Below are positions 44,635 through 55,208 of a DNA stretch of 64,000 bases, in pieces (the stretch's first letter is position 1; every line of letters starts with the position of its first letter). The notes below the pieces were generated by a model that did no database searches, was not told the origin of the DNA, and saw nothing but the letters and a program-made list of their open reading frames with translations. The stretch comes from Candidatus Latescibacterota bacterium (GTDB lineage Bacteria; Latescibacterota; UBA2968; UBA8231), in contig OZ241867.1 of assembly GCA_965203175.1 (NCBI GenBank), positions 224,001 to 288,000 of the forward strand, written 5' to 3'. The translations under genes were made by a program, and so were the position numbers.

Positions 44635-45930
44635 TTACACACTCGCAAAGTCAATGCGCGGGTCCACGACCTTGAGCAAAATATCCGCCACTAAGATCCC
44701 CGCCAGCGACAGGGCTGCGCCAATGGTGAAGAGCGCCATGGCCACGGGGTAGTCGCGCACAATGACCGACTGGTAAGCCAAAAAGCCCATGCCCGGAATG
44801 GTGAAGATCGTCTCGATAAACACCGAACCCGCGATCATTCCTGGCAAAAGCCCAGCCATCAGCGTCACGATGGGAATCAAGGAGTTGCGCAGCACATGGC
44901 GCAGCACTACCACTCGGTAGCGCAATCCCTTGGCTTGGGCGGTACGCACGTAGTCCAGCCGCAAATTTTCCAGCATGCTGGTGCGCATATAGCGCGAGAT
45001 ACCAGCGAAGCTGGCGTAGGTCGAAGCTAGCACCGGCAAGACCATGTGGTGGGCGTGGTCAGTCAGCAGCCGCCAGAATCCCCAGTCTTCTCCAGCCTGC
45101 AAGGATTGGATGCCAGAGGCTGGGAACCAGTAGAAGAATTCCTTGTTGCAGAAAAACAAGATCAACAGCATACCAACCCAAAAAGAAGGCATCGACCACA
45201 GCATGAAGGTCCCGGTGGTAACCAAGCGGTCGATAGCGGTGTTTTGCTTGACCGCGATCACTATGCCCAGCGGCACGCCGATTAGGTAGGCAAAGACCAG
45301 GCTGATGAGGTTGATTTCTAGCGTGATAGGCAACCGGTCGAGGATGTGGTCAATGACCGGTTCCTGATCTTTGAAGGAGCGCCCCAGATTCAGCGTCACC
45401 AAACGCCAATCGCCCACCTGCGCCAGTTCCAAACCAGATCCAGCATACGCGTAGTTTTGGGTTGGCGAGAAAAGGCGGCTCTGCCAGAAAGGCGACTCGA
45501 CCAACTCGTTGACGCGCTCGGGACGAAGGCGGCGAAAGTGCGCCGAGAACCGCGCCTTGCGTTCCTCGCCCTCAAGCGAGGCCAACTCGGCCCGCGCCGC
45601 GTCTGACAGTTCATCTAGGACGGAGTCGGCCAACAAGGCCCCTCGGTCGAATGCGCCTAGGTCCTCCACGCGCAAGACCAAGTTGGAAAGCCAGTGCAAA
45701 TACTGGAGATGTAGCGGTTGGTCCAGCCCGAGTTGGCGGCGCAAATCTCGGCGCGTCTTCTCCATGTTCGCTTGGTGGTCGGTGGAGAGACCCTCGCCGC
45801 CAGCAGCCCCGCCCAAGAACAGATCGACCGGGTCGCCGGGTGCCAAGCGCATAATCAGGAAGGTCAGTAGGGTGATGCCGAGGAGGGTCGGGATGGCGAG
45901 CAGAATGCGCTGGACGGTGTACTGCAGCAT
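44635..45930 (-). CDS. oppB: Peptide ABC transporter permease OppB/DppB with periplasmic insertion
   Basis: PGDP, LGRSF, SMPSFW, YVRTAQAKGL, HVLRNSL, RDYP, DPRI. Confidence 0.92.
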   Translation of the reverse strand: MLQYTVQRILLAIPTLLGITLLTFLIMRLAPGDPVDLFLGGAAGGEGLSTDHQANMEKTRRDLRRQLGLDQPLHLQYLHWLSNLVLRVEDLGAFDRGALLADSVLDELSDAARAELASLEGEERKARFSAHFRRLRPERVNELVESPFWQSRLFSPTQNYAYAGSGLELAQVGDWRLVTLNLGRSFKDQEPVIDHILDRLPITLEINLISLVFAYLIGVPLGIVIAVKQNTAIDRLVTTGTFMLWSMPSFWVGMLLILFFCNKEFFYWFPASGIQSLQAGEDWGFWRLLTDHAHHMVLPVLASTYASFAGISRYMRTSMLENLRLDYVRTAQAKGLRYRVVVLRHVLRNSLIPIVTLMAGLLPGMIAGSVFIETIFTIPGMGFLAYQSVIVRDYPVAMALFTIGAALSLAGILVADILLKVVDPRIDFASV

Positions 45931-45954
45931 GGTGGGTTACAGAGCGGGACCTTT

Positions 45955-46959
45955 TTACTCCTCTAGTTCCTCGGCCCGCGCAAACGCCGCCTCGCTTTCC
46001 TCAATCAATTCTTTATGGGCGTAAACCGTCCCCAAGTGCAGCCACACCAACGCATTGTCTGGCGTTTGTTCGGAGAGCTGTTCCAAGAGAGGCAACGCAC
46101 CATCGTAGTCCTCTGTGGCCAAATGGACCATGGCGAGATTGTAGCGCGCGTCCCCGTCGTCAGGTTCGAGCTGTAGGACCTGCTCATAGGCCCGCTTAGC
46201 CGCAGTGTATTTTTCTTGTTGCCAGTAGAGGTTGCCCAAGTTGAAATGGGGCTTGAAATCATCGGGGTTCAGCTCTATGACCTTGCGATAATTGGCCTCG
46301 GCACCCTCGTAGTCCTCGGCTTGGGCTTGGGCGATGGCGAGATTGGTCAGGCCATTGAGGTTTTCGGGATTGATCTTGACCACCTGCGACAAGGCACGGA
46401 TGGCTTCATCGAGCTGGCCATTTTCCAAGTAGAGCGACCCTAGGCTGAAAAAGGTGCCCTCGTCTTCTGGATCCGCGGACGCGATCTTCTGGTAGGTGGC
46501 AATAGCCGCATCCGTGCTGTCGATCTGGTAATAGACGTACGCGAGGTTGCGCCAAGCGTCGAGCGCGCTTTCGTCGATGAGGGTAGCGTTGTGAAACGAG
46601 TGCCGTGCCATCGCGTAATTCGGTACCTCGCCTTGGGCGTGGACGACGCCGGCATTGTACTCGCGCGCCCAAAAGTGGCGGCGCGTTCGTTCAGACTCGC
46701 TTTGAAACTTGGGATTGTTCTCGGCGTGCGCTAGGTGCTCAGCCATTTCGCCATAGCGGCCCTCGTCCCCTAAGAGCTTGCCCATGAGCAAGTGAGCCTC
46801 GCTATTTTCTGGCTCGGCCTGCAAGACTAGGGCAAGTTGCTTTTTGGCCTCTTGGGGCTGCTCCTGCTGGATATAGAGCTTGGCCGCGGTCATGGCCGAA
46901 CTCTGACACCCCAATCCGGCGACGATGACGAGCGCCGCCAGCCAGCATACGCGCTTCAT
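45955..46959 (-). CDS. TPR-repeat lipoprotein
   Basis: Lipobox LGC; tandem TPRs (FFSLGSLY, HFNLGNLY, RYNLAMVH). Confidence 0.85.
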   Translation of the reverse strand: MKRVCWLAALVIVAGLGCQSSAMTAAKLYIQQEQPQEAKKQLALVLQAEPENSEAHLLMGKLLGDEGRYGEMAEHLAHAENNPKFQSESERTRRHFWAREYNAGVVHAQGEVPNYAMARHSFHNATLIDESALDAWRNLAYVYYQIDSTDAAIATYQKIASADPEDEGTFFSLGSLYLENGQLDEAIRALSQVVKINPENLNGLTNLAIAQAQAEDYEGAEANYRKVIELNPDDFKPHFNLGNLYWQQEKYTAAKRAYEQVLQLEPDDGDARYNLAMVHLATEDYDGALPLLEQLSEQTPDNALVWLHLGTVYAHKELIEESEAAFARAEELEE

Positions 46960-46976
46960 TGGCAATTTCCCGCGAG

Positions 46977-47011
46977 AAAAGCTGCGCGGCGCACGTCCTG
47001 TGCGCCGCGCA
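46977..47011 (-). terminator. GC-rich hairpin with short U tract (terminator or mRNA-stabilising stem)
   Basis: TGCGCGGCGCAC-N5-GTGCGCCGCGCA, a 12-bp stem, followed on the minus strand by GCTTTT. Confidence 0.65.
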
Positions 47012-47021
47012 ACGGTCGAAC

Positions 47022-48044
47022 TCAGAACCCGAACTGAAAGGTAAAGGTGTTGAGCGCGTCGAAATACTCGACCGTAGTGTAGGCGTAATCAACGCGCAAA
47101 TCTTTGATCGTCCCGGCATCCAGATTCAGACCAAAGCCGAAGCTGGTGCCGTAGATGTAGTCGTCATCCGAGTTGGGCGCGTAGTCGAAGCCAGTGCGCA
47201 GGGCAAAGAAATCGCCCAACACGTATTCAGCACCCAACCGGTACTGGTCGTAGGCAAAATTGTTGTGCCGGAAGACCGAGGACAGGTTGAGCGCGTCCAT
47301 ATAGCGATAGCTCAGACCGAGCTCAAACGTTGAGGGCAAGTCTGCCGAGCTAGCCTCCACATTGTAATCGGAAGGTCCACGGCGTAACTCGTTGAGCTGA
47401 CCGCGACGCAACAAGCCGGAACCGCCAAACTGCATCCGCGTGCCAATGTGCTTGAGCGCGACCCCCAAGTCCAAGCCGGCAACCCCGCCTAGATTGGCGT
47501 ATTGCAGACCGGCGCTAAACGAAGCCGCAGTAGCCTCGACGCGCAGGATGCGGTTGACGATATAATGGCTGGTAAACCCAACGGCGATGCGATCAGTCAG
47601 CTCCTTCGCAAAGGTCAGGCCTACGGTGAAGAAGGTCGGCGAAAAGTCCGCACCGGTGCCATCTGGATTGGCCTCGGTCGTCACCGGGATTGGGCCGAAA
47701 TCCAGCGCCTTGATGTTGAGGGCCAGCGCACCGAGGCCCTTGAAGTTAGCACCGGTGGCCAGATAGTTGATGCGGGTATCCGCCAGATAGGACATCGTCG
47801 AGACCATGATGCCCGCGTTGGATTCGGACTTGGACAGGCCTGCCGGGTTCCAGTGCAGAGCCTCCAGACCGGAACTGGTGGCGATTGAGGCACCGCCCAA
47901 GGCCATGTCGCGCGCGCCAACCGGAATCAGCAGTTCCGGGGCCGCGGCCGTACCGGCGCGATCATAGCCGTCGGCAAAAGCCGAGGCCGAGGCGAAAACC
48001 AGCGCCAGCAGGATCGTCGGGATGCGAAAGCTGTGTCGAAGCAT
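47022..48044 (-). CDS. PorV/UPF0164-family outer-membrane barrel
   Basis: GTAAAPELLIPVGARDMALGG..WNPAGL, LPSTFELG, VDYAY, C-terminal FGF. Confidence 0.85.
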   Translation of the reverse strand: MLRHSFRIPTILLALVFASASAFADGYDRAGTAAAPELLIPVGARDMALGGASIATSSGLEALHWNPAGLSKSESNAGIMVSTMSYLADTRINYLATGANFKGLGALALNIKALDFGPIPVTTEANPDGTGADFSPTFFTVGLTFAKELTDRIAVGFTSHYIVNRILRVEATAASFSAGLQYANLGGVAGLDLGVALKHIGTRMQFGGSGLLRRGQLNELRRGPSDYNVEASSADLPSTFELGLSYRYMDALNLSSVFRHNNFAYDQYRLGAEYVLGDFFALRTGFDYAPNSDDDYIYGTSFGFGLNLDAGTIKDLRVDYAYTTVEYFDALNTFTFQFGF

Positions 48045-48083
48045 GGAATGGCCTCCTATTTCTCTCTTTGATATCCCGTGCAC

Positions 48084-51000
48084 TTAGAAGTTCTCCAGGA
48101 ACTGCTGCTCTTGGATGATGGCCAGCTTGAGGATCCGACTCATGCCGTGATCCGGCAGTTCGATATGGGCGATATACATGCCGCTGGCCACCGGCAGTGC
48201 ATTGTGGTTTTGCAGATCCCAGCGCGTGAACTGCGATGGGTCGTCCTTCTCAATCGCGCGCACCAGCGTGCCGCTCATGTCGAAGATGCGGATATTCGCC
48301 TTGGTCGGCAGGTGGCTGAAGGTCACGAAGTGGCTGTAGCGGCTGGTCTCCGCCGCGTTGACGCCGAGGTAGGGATTGGGGAAGACATTGATCTTCTCGA
48401 TGTCCTCCTTAAGTAATTCGGCGTTCTCCTCTTGCCCTGGAACGAGAAAGGAAAATACGTCGTTGGCGGTGTTGACCCTGTAAGGGATCAACCTCAGAAT
48501 CTGACCGTCTTCGAGCATCTCCATCTCGTGGTCACCACTTCTTAGCTTGACCCATAGTGCCGCATGAATGTCGAAGGTAACTGCATCGGCTAAGATGCTT
48601 TTGCCTTCGCCGTATTGCTCCAGTGGCGTGTCGCTATAGTCGCTGTCGAAAATGAACAGGTACTCGCGACCACCGAGGTTGCGATCCGCCTCGTCCGAGG
48701 CCAAGTCCCAAGTGCCGTTCTCCGAAGTGGAACCCACGTTCTCGACAAAGCCGATATTGACCTGCCGCGGTGGATCGCTGTCCACTTCCCAAGCGGTAAA
48801 AGGCACATCGACAAAATCTTGAAACGCGTAATTGGGATCGCCCCCGCGCAGATAGCGGTAGCCCTTCTGCGTGTTGGTGCGGCTAAAGCGAATCTCGACG
48901 GTCTTCAGGTCGGCACCGCCGAGCGAAGAGCCGAAGAAATTGGGACCGACATCGGCACCGCCGAAAATGCCACTGCCTCCCCAGTTGACACCGGTTAGCC
49001 AGCGATCCGATCCCTCCCACTCCCAATCACTAAGCGCCAGCGGTGGGCCGAGGACCATCAATTCAAAACCGTGGTCAGGGAGGTAGATGGCCGCTCGCGC
49101 GTCGCCCGGGCCGATCTCGAACTGGTCGGCAAGGAGGGTCGTGCCACCGGTTTCATCTATCAGGCTCCACACGGTGTGGCCCTCTTCATCCGCGCCAAAG
49201 CGGACCTGATAGTTGTGGCCCGTAGTGAGCGTGGGGTTGACAACCACGACCTCAACCTCTCCCTCACTGATACCGGCGGTGTGTTCGGGGGGTATCACGG
49301 CACCAGGTTCGCTCAGATAGCGGGTGCCCGGCGGCGGTTCCTGCGGCACGCAGATCAGGCCCTGCGGCGCGCTCTCTAGGGTGGTGGTAGCGGTACCTTC
49401 GGCGGTGGCGCGGTTGTAGGCCGTCACCGCAAAGTAGTATCGCTGGCCGTTGACCAGCGGGCCGCTGCGAATGTGGTCCTGAGTAATCATGATATTGCGC
49501 TTGATCCCGAAGTCAATGCCGATCTGCAGGGGCACATCGAGCACCACGCCCGACTCCTCGTCGAGGGCAATGCCGAGAATCGTAGTCACACCATTCTCGA
49601 TGTCGAAGGTCGCCACCTTGACGCCCTGCGAAAGCGTGGCTTCGGCCGAGGGCAACTGGTAGAGATTGTAGCCTTCGAATTCGAAGCCGGGCGAACCCTC
49701 GCCTTCGGTGGCCTGAATCGACTCGTCGTCCCAACCCCAATCCAAGATGAGCGCCTCGTCGAGCTCGGCTATGCGGACATTGGGCTGGGTCGGCGGCTTG
49801 GGGACCTGGAAGAAGTTGTTGTAGGCGTCCTGCACGAACTGGTTGGAGAACTTCAGCTTGGAGACGCTGCGCAGGCGGTCGGTAGAAATGCCGCCCAGCA
49901 GCGCGACCACCACTTCCTGGGTGTCGCCCAATGCCATCTCGAAAGGCCCGGTGGCCAGCACGATGCGCCGGTCGCCAGCCGGCAACGGTACGCCATCGTT
50001 CCAGCCGGTGGCTCTGGTCGGATCGCCGTCGAGCGTGAACTTGGTGTCGGCATTGGTCAGTGGATTGGTATAGGGCACGGGGTTTTCAACATCGTCCTGC
50101 GGTTGGAAGCCGCGCAGCAGGTTGTACCACTCCTGAGTGCCCACGTATTCGCCCAGTTCTGGATCGGATATCGCGCTGCCGGCGGCAAAGTACACGAAGG
50201 CCGTCATCGGCAAGTTCTGGTAGCCGGGACGTAGCCCCTCGTTGAAGATGGCCACCGAACTCTCGTCGAGCAGTTGGTTGCCGTCCTCGTCAACGGCGAT
50301 ATTGCCGTCTTCGTCTAGCTGATAAACCGGCACGATCGGGCCTTGCAAAAAGTCGTACCCAACAGCCGGCGGGGCCAAGCCGAAGGAGACGTAGCTATGA
50401 TCGTCGTCAATCGAGTTGTACACATAACCCAAGCTCAGATCGACATCGGCACCGGCAAAGTCGTCGCCGTAATCGCCCAGATCTGGATCGGACCACTGGG
50501 CGAAATACATGTCCTCGATCACGGCATCGTCCGTGGCCTCTGCGGTGCCCTTGTAGATGACCTTGAACTTCTTGAAGATCACGTCGCCCAAGGCGTCGGT
50601 GCGCGCATAGCCCCAAAGCGTAACCTGAGCCTCCAAGCCGATGGGCAACGAGCCGTAGAGATTGGTGGTGGCCCCCTGGTCCAAATCGTTTATAGCAAAC
50701 CAGATTACCTGGTCCGCGTTGGCCAAACCCGGCTCGTCAACCGAGGGGTCGTACTGCCCATCTCCGTCGTTGTCGTAAAAGGGCGCACCCAACTCGGCCG
50801 GCCACTCTTCCCAATCGCGTCCATATTGAGCGCGCACCGCCTCCTCGTGGGCATCGGTGACTTGGCTCAAACCCATGTTGAGAACCTCGGAGGCGTCTAG
50901 CCGCAAATCCGCGGTTGCCCAGTCGCGGCGGATCCGGTAGAGCCGGGCCGTATCGCGGTCTTGGGCTACGCCTTTGGACTCGATGACCCCTGGCACGGTG

Positions 51001-51329
51001 CCGATCTCGTACGTCTGGCCGCCTACGCGCAGTTCTTGGTCATTGCCGTCCTTGACCCGACCGCCCCAGATCATGCCGTCTTGGAAGATGACTTGGGCGG
51101 TTGAGCGCGGGTAGGTCACGCCCGAATTGCCGGTGAGCGGGTCGCGAGCCGACCACCCGTCGCTCTGTATCCACATGGCCATATTGTTGATGTTGAGCTG
51201 GGTCCGTTCGGTGGACACCTCGACATCGTCTTGGGCCAATTTGGCGGCCGGTGCGCCCCGCTCTTCGCGTGCTTGGACATTGCCAACTAGGAAGAGCGCC
51301 GCCAAAAATAAGAAAACAAGCTTTTTCAT
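48084..51329 (-). CDS. Large acidic secreted protein with T9SS-like/FlgD C-terminal domain
   Basis: Signal peptide; WSDPDLG, GYDFLQGP, GDRR; FN3-like FEGYNLY..YYFAVTAY; C-terminal VFPNPY..IRIFDMSGTLVR..WDLQN..VASGMYI. Confidence 0.85.
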   Translation of the reverse strand: MKKLVFLFLAALFLVGNVQAREERGAPAAKLAQDDVEVSTERTQLNINNMAMWIQSDGWSARDPLTGNSGVTYPRSTAQVIFQDGMIWGGRVKDGNDQELRVGGQTYEIGTVPGVIESKGVAQDRDTARLYRIRRDWATADLRLDASEVLNMGLSQVTDAHEEAVRAQYGRDWEEWPAELGAPFYDNDGDGQYDPSVDEPGLANADQVIWFAINDLDQGATTNLYGSLPIGLEAQVTLWGYARTDALGDVIFKKFKVIYKGTAEATDDAVIEDMYFAQWSDPDLGDYGDDFAGADVDLSLGYVYNSIDDDHSYVSFGLAPPAVGYDFLQGPIVPVYQLDEDGNIAVDEDGNQLLDESSVAIFNEGLRPGYQNLPMTAFVYFAAGSAISDPELGEYVGTQEWYNLLRGFQPQDDVENPVPYTNPLTNADTKFTLDGDPTRATGWNDGVPLPAGDRRIVLATGPFEMALGDTQEVVVALLGGISTDRLRSVSKLKFSNQFVQDAYNNFFQVPKPPTQPNVRIAELDEALILDWGWDDESIQATEGEGSPGFEFEGYNLYQLPSAEATLSQGVKVATFDIENGVTTILGIALDEESGVVLDVPLQIGIDFGIKRNIMITQDHIRSGPLVNGQRYYFAVTAYNRATAEGTATTTLESAPQGLICVPQEPPPGTRYLSEPGAVIPPEHTAGISEGEVEVVVVNPTLTTGHNYQVRFGADEEGHTVWSLIDETGGTTLLADQFEIGPGDARAAIYLPDHGFELMVLGPPLALSDWEWEGSDRWLTGVNWGGSGIFGGADVGPNFFGSSLGGADLKTVEIRFSRTNTQKGYRYLRGGDPNYAFQDFVDVPFTAWEVDSDPPRQVNIGFVENVGSTSENGTWDLASDEADRNLGGREYLFIFDSDYSDTPLEQYGEGKSILADAVTFDIHAALWVKLRSGDHEMEMLEDGQILRLIPYRVNTANDVFSFLVPGQEENAELLKEDIEKINVFPNPYLGVNAAETSRYSHFVTFSHLPTKANIRIFDMSGTLVRAIEKDDPSQFTRWDLQNHNALPVASGMYIAHIELPDHGMSRILKLAIIQEQQFLENF

Positions 51330-51347
51330 AATGCGTTCCTCTCTTTC

Positions 51348-54300
51348 CTAGAAATTGAACTGCAGACCGAAGCGAATCTGGCGTGGCGAGTCGTAGATAT
51401 CGCCGCCCTCGTTGGACCAATAGGCTTGGCGGTTGGCCAAGTTGATCGCCTCGTAGAGTTGCACGTACTGTTGCCCGCCGCTGGCCTCGACGATCTGTTG
51501 GCTCAGTTCCGGATTGGTCAAGAAGCCATCGTCCTTGTCGGAGCCGGTGCGGTTGTACACGTTGAGCACGTTCTTGCGATTGAAGAGGTTGAGAATACGG
51601 CTATAGACCTTGGCATTGAGACCAAATAGCGAGAAGCCCTTGTCGACGCGCAGGTTGGTATTGAAAGTCCACGGCGTCGTCGAGCGGTTGATCGACTCGA
51701 GCGGCTTGCGCGAGCGCGGGTCGAAGCTGTCGAGTACGCCGGCGTTTTCTGGACCGCGCTGACCGATCGAACCGGTGACCAAGGTAAAGTTGTGCCCGCT
51801 CGTGAAGCTCATCAGCAGGTTGGCCCCGAGACCCCGCAGAATTGGGTTGGGCTCGTTGTCGGGGTAGCGGTAGTCTAGGAAGATCGAGCCGCGGTGCGTC
51901 TCGTTAAAGTCGAGCGGCGAGATGATCGTCGGCAGGTTGGTCTCGTTCTCAACCCCGGAAATGGCCGAGCCAGTATACGAACCCGTGCCGCGTGCGTCGG
52001 ACAGGGTGTAGTTCAGTTCGGTGCGTAGGTTATTGACGCGCCTGAGCTTGAACTGGAACTCAATGCCCTTGGTCGTGGCGAAGTCGCCGTTTTGCAGGAA
52101 AACGTACGCACCAGCGTCAACCGCGCTAGCCGAGAGTTGCTGCTTGCGCAACTGTATCTGCCCTTTGATGTCGCGGTAGAAGCCCGTGACGTCAAAGGAA
52201 GCGGACTCGGAGAACTGACGCTCAAAGCCGATTTCGTACTGGGTAGTCCGCATCGGCTCGATGTCGTAGGCGGTCGGATAGCGGATGTAGTTCTGGCCGC
52301 CCAACTCTAGGGCAAGGCGCGCGCCGCCGGCATACATGGAGCGCATCGCCGGCATTTGCGAGAAGCGCCCGTATTGCACGTGAAAAACCGTCAAATCCGA
52401 CACTGGGAACGACATCCCCAAACGCGGGCTAATATCGGTGTAGGTGGGAGTCTTTTCCATCGACGCGAGATCAATGGTGTAGTTTTTCGAGTCTCGCACC
52501 GGTGCTGCCGGATCCTTAAAGCGCCAGCTATCCGCGTCGAAGTAGTCGATGCGCAGACCGGCGTTGATGATCAGGTCGTTATACTCGACCTTGTCTTGGA
52601 TAAAGGCAGCGGCTACCGTCGGATGGCGCGGTGCCTCTAGCCCCTCGCGGTCGGTCTCGCGACCGAACTCGTCGAAGCCAAAGAAATCGCTGGCACTAGT
52701 CGAGCGCAGCAACCTAACAAGATCCTGCTTGCTACCCTTGCCATCTTCAAGACTCTCGGCCTTCTTGAGCAGTTCGTCGAGGATCTGGTCTTCGCTTATC
52801 TCATCGTTGTAGTAGCGGTCGTACACCGCGTCCAGCTCGGGATAGGTGTTGGCTATCCCCGAGCGGATCGAACGCAACGAGATCCCATAGCGCCGCGTGG
52901 TCCAATTCTGGTAGTCGAAACCGGCCTTAAGCTGATGCATGTCGGTTTGCTTGGTCCAGCTACCGGCCAGCCCCCAATAGCCATCCGACGTGGTGCTGTA
53001 GGAGGTCGTACGCGAACCCGGGCGGCTGAAGGGAAAGCCAGCCAGATCGTAGAGCCTGGGCCCCGAACCTTGCTGGGTATAGGGCGTGTACTCACCCGTG
53101 CCCTCGAGGGCGCGCTGTACGGCCACGCTGTCGTTGTACACCCACCACCGATCTTTGAAAAGCGGGTCGTAGGACTCGGCACTCCGCTCGTAGCGGCTCA
53201 CGTTGAGTTCGTAGAACATGCTCTTGTCGAGCAGGTGGGTGATCTTGGCGTTGACTAGGTTGGAGGACGCATCCGACTCGCGCAGACGCCGGGTGTTAAA
53301 AACATTGCGGATGGGCGTGTAGTTGCTTTCAGAAAACCCGTCCGTGTACAGATTCGTGAGGCGGACCTGGACAGGATAGTAGTCGAGCAGCAAGGTCCCG
53401 TTGAAAATGACCGCTTCACTACTCGTGTGCGGAATATTGCCGGGCTTGATTTCGAGCTGCTCGATCTGGTCGGGAACGAGATTGCCTTCTTCGTCCTCGC
53501 TCCAGTGCCGGCGTCCACCGCGGAGGCCAGTGTCTTCGAGATCCTCGAAGGTAAATCCCGACCAGTAAGTCGGCCAGGAACCGATGCCGCGGCGCTGGCC
53601 AGCCAAGAAGGCGCGAATCTTCTGGTTTCCCACAACCGGACCACCGGCGGTCATCACCTGATTGAAGTAGCCGTAGGAATACGTGCCAAAGCGCTGCTCG
53701 TAGTCGTTGGTAAAATTGTCCGACTCAGAGAGGATTTCGAAGTCCCACTCGCTGCCGCCGGTGCGCAACTCTTGCAGAATAATGCCGGCGTTGGCACCGC
53801 CGTACTCGGCGTTAAAGCCGCCGGCCTGGAGCTGGATTTCCTCCAGCGCCTCGTCGATCAGGCCCACCGCGCTGCTGCCAGTGACCACATTGCGGACGCT
53901 GGCCCCCTCAACGTAGTAGCCGATCTCGTCGCTGCGCGAGCCGCGGATGTGAAGCGACCCCTCATCTTCAACCACGCCGGTCTGCAGGGCTATGACTGAA
54001 CTGACACCTCGGAGCGGCAGAATCTCGAGATCTTCAGCATCGATAATGCGCACCGCATTGGTGGCGGTTTTGTCGATGATCGGCCGCTCGGCGCGGATTA
54101 CTACTTCCTCGACCTGGATATCCGAAGAAGTCAATTCAACGGCGATATTCGTGGTCAGGTCGGCGGAGACCCGCACGTCCTCGACGGTATAATCCGCGTA
54201 GCCGATATACGTGGCCTTGAGGGTGTAGGTGCCCGCTGGCACGTTGAGAATAAAAAAGCGGCCCTTTTCGTCCGCTGTAGCCCCTAGCTTGGTATCCACC

Positions 54301-54458
54301 ACCACGATATTGGCATGGGGCAGCCCATCCCCAGTGGCGGCATCCTTGATGACACCGGCGATCTTGCCGCCCGTACTGGCCCCGGCTGGAGCCAAGCTCA
54401 GCGCGAGCAGGACGCCCAGTGCGGTCAAGACGCGAAAAACGCTCGCAAATTTAGTCAT
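51348..54458 (-). CDS. TonB-dependent receptor with carboxypeptidase-regulatory-like N-domain
   Basis: GKIAGVIKD..G, IRGSR plug, GGFNAEYG, NAGLR, SPRLG, NLFN, C-terminal PRQIRFGLQFNF. Confidence 0.93.
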   Translation of the reverse strand: MTKFASVFRVLTALGVLLALSLAPAGASTGGKIAGVIKDAATGDGLPHANIVVVDTKLGATADEKGRFFILNVPAGTYTLKATYIGYADYTVEDVRVSADLTTNIAVELTSSDIQVEEVVIRAERPIIDKTATNAVRIIDAEDLEILPLRGVSSVIALQTGVVEDEGSLHIRGSRSDEIGYYVEGASVRNVVTGSSAVGLIDEALEEIQLQAGGFNAEYGGANAGIILQELRTGGSEWDFEILSESDNFTNDYEQRFGTYSYGYFNQVMTAGGPVVGNQKIRAFLAGQRRGIGSWPTYWSGFTFEDLEDTGLRGGRRHWSEDEEGNLVPDQIEQLEIKPGNIPHTSSEAVIFNGTLLLDYYPVQVRLTNLYTDGFSESNYTPIRNVFNTRRLRESDASSNLVNAKITHLLDKSMFYELNVSRYERSAESYDPLFKDRWWVYNDSVAVQRALEGTGEYTPYTQQGSGPRLYDLAGFPFSRPGSRTTSYSTTSDGYWGLAGSWTKQTDMHQLKAGFDYQNWTTRRYGISLRSIRSGIANTYPELDAVYDRYYNDEISEDQILDELLKKAESLEDGKGSKQDLVRLLRSTSASDFFGFDEFGRETDREGLEAPRHPTVAAAFIQDKVEYNDLIINAGLRIDYFDADSWRFKDPAAPVRDSKNYTIDLASMEKTPTYTDISPRLGMSFPVSDLTVFHVQYGRFSQMPAMRSMYAGGARLALELGGQNYIRYPTAYDIEPMRTTQYEIGFERQFSESASFDVTGFYRDIKGQIQLRKQQLSASAVDAGAYVFLQNGDFATTKGIEFQFKLRRVNNLRTELNYTLSDARGTGSYTGSAISGVENETNLPTIISPLDFNETHRGSIFLDYRYPDNEPNPILRGLGANLLMSFTSGHNFTLVTGSIGQRGPENAGVLDSFDPRSRKPLESINRSTTPWTFNTNLRVDKGFSLFGLNAKVYSRILNLFNRKNVLNVYNRTGSDKDDGFLTNPELSQQIVEASGGQQYVQLYEAINLANRQAYWSNEGGDIYDSPRQIRFGLQFNF

Positions 54459-54491
54459 ATGTCCCTCCTTTGTAGGGTACTCAATACCCCT

Positions 54492-55205
54492 TCACATCAG
54501 GCGCAACCAGTCGTCTAAGAGAAAGGTCACACGCCCGATCAACAGCGAGACCCTCGCCATAATGGTGTAACCAAAAGAAGCCCCAAACGAGATCATCAAA
54601 AACCATATCCCCACCTTGGAGATGTGGCCCGCCGTGCCGGTGTGCTCGACGGAAAAAAAGAAATAAACCAACACCCCGATGACCCCCACGAGGACGATCA
54701 GCAAATTGAGCCCCTCCAAGCTCCAGGTTAGTGGTTTTAATGTAGGTTCTATTTGGGCCAAAATAAAGGAAGAAATATAGCGGGGAATCGTCAGGCCAGC
54801 CGCGAGCCCGACAAAGAATGCAAAAGCATAGCGGCTGAGCCAACCGAAGCGCAGCGAAAAGCGCGTCAACATCAACAGCCCGAGCACCGTCGGAGCCAAA
54901 AGCCACCAATTGGGCGTCTCCCCTTCCCCCGGATTGGTCCATTCGGCAATAATCTCGCCGTAGAGCGTCGGGTACCAATTCTGACCGAAAATGTAAGCCG
55001 CTGCCACGCCGACGAAAACGTGCTCGGCAAACTTAAAAAGAGGGTTATCCTTGTAGAGAAAACTATAGAGCGCCAAGGTCATGCCCGCCGCAACAATGAT
55101 GCCCAAGCCCGTCCAGTCCGCCGCCAAGGTCCCGTTGGCCACTAAGCCGATATTGACAGCGACAAACAGCAAAAGCAAGCCCAGAAAAATATACGTATCG
55201 CGCAC
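54492..55205 (-). CDS. Uncharacterised multi-TM membrane protein
   Basis: About 7 TM segments; YSFLYKDNPLFKFAEHVFVG, YFFFS, MISFGASFG. Confidence 0.85.
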   Translation of the reverse strand: MRDTYIFLGLLLLFVAVNIGLVANGTLAADWTGLGIIVAAGMTLALYSFLYKDNPLFKFAEHVFVGVAAAYIFGQNWYPTLYGEIIAEWTNPGEGETPNWWLLAPTVLGLLMLTRFSLRFGWLSRYAFAFFVGLAAGLTIPRYISSFILAQIEPTLKPLTWSLEGLNLLIVLVGVIGVLVYFFFSVEHTGTAGHISKVGIWFLMISFGASFGYTIMARVSLLIGRVTFLLDDWLRLM

Positions 55206-55208
55206 GGC

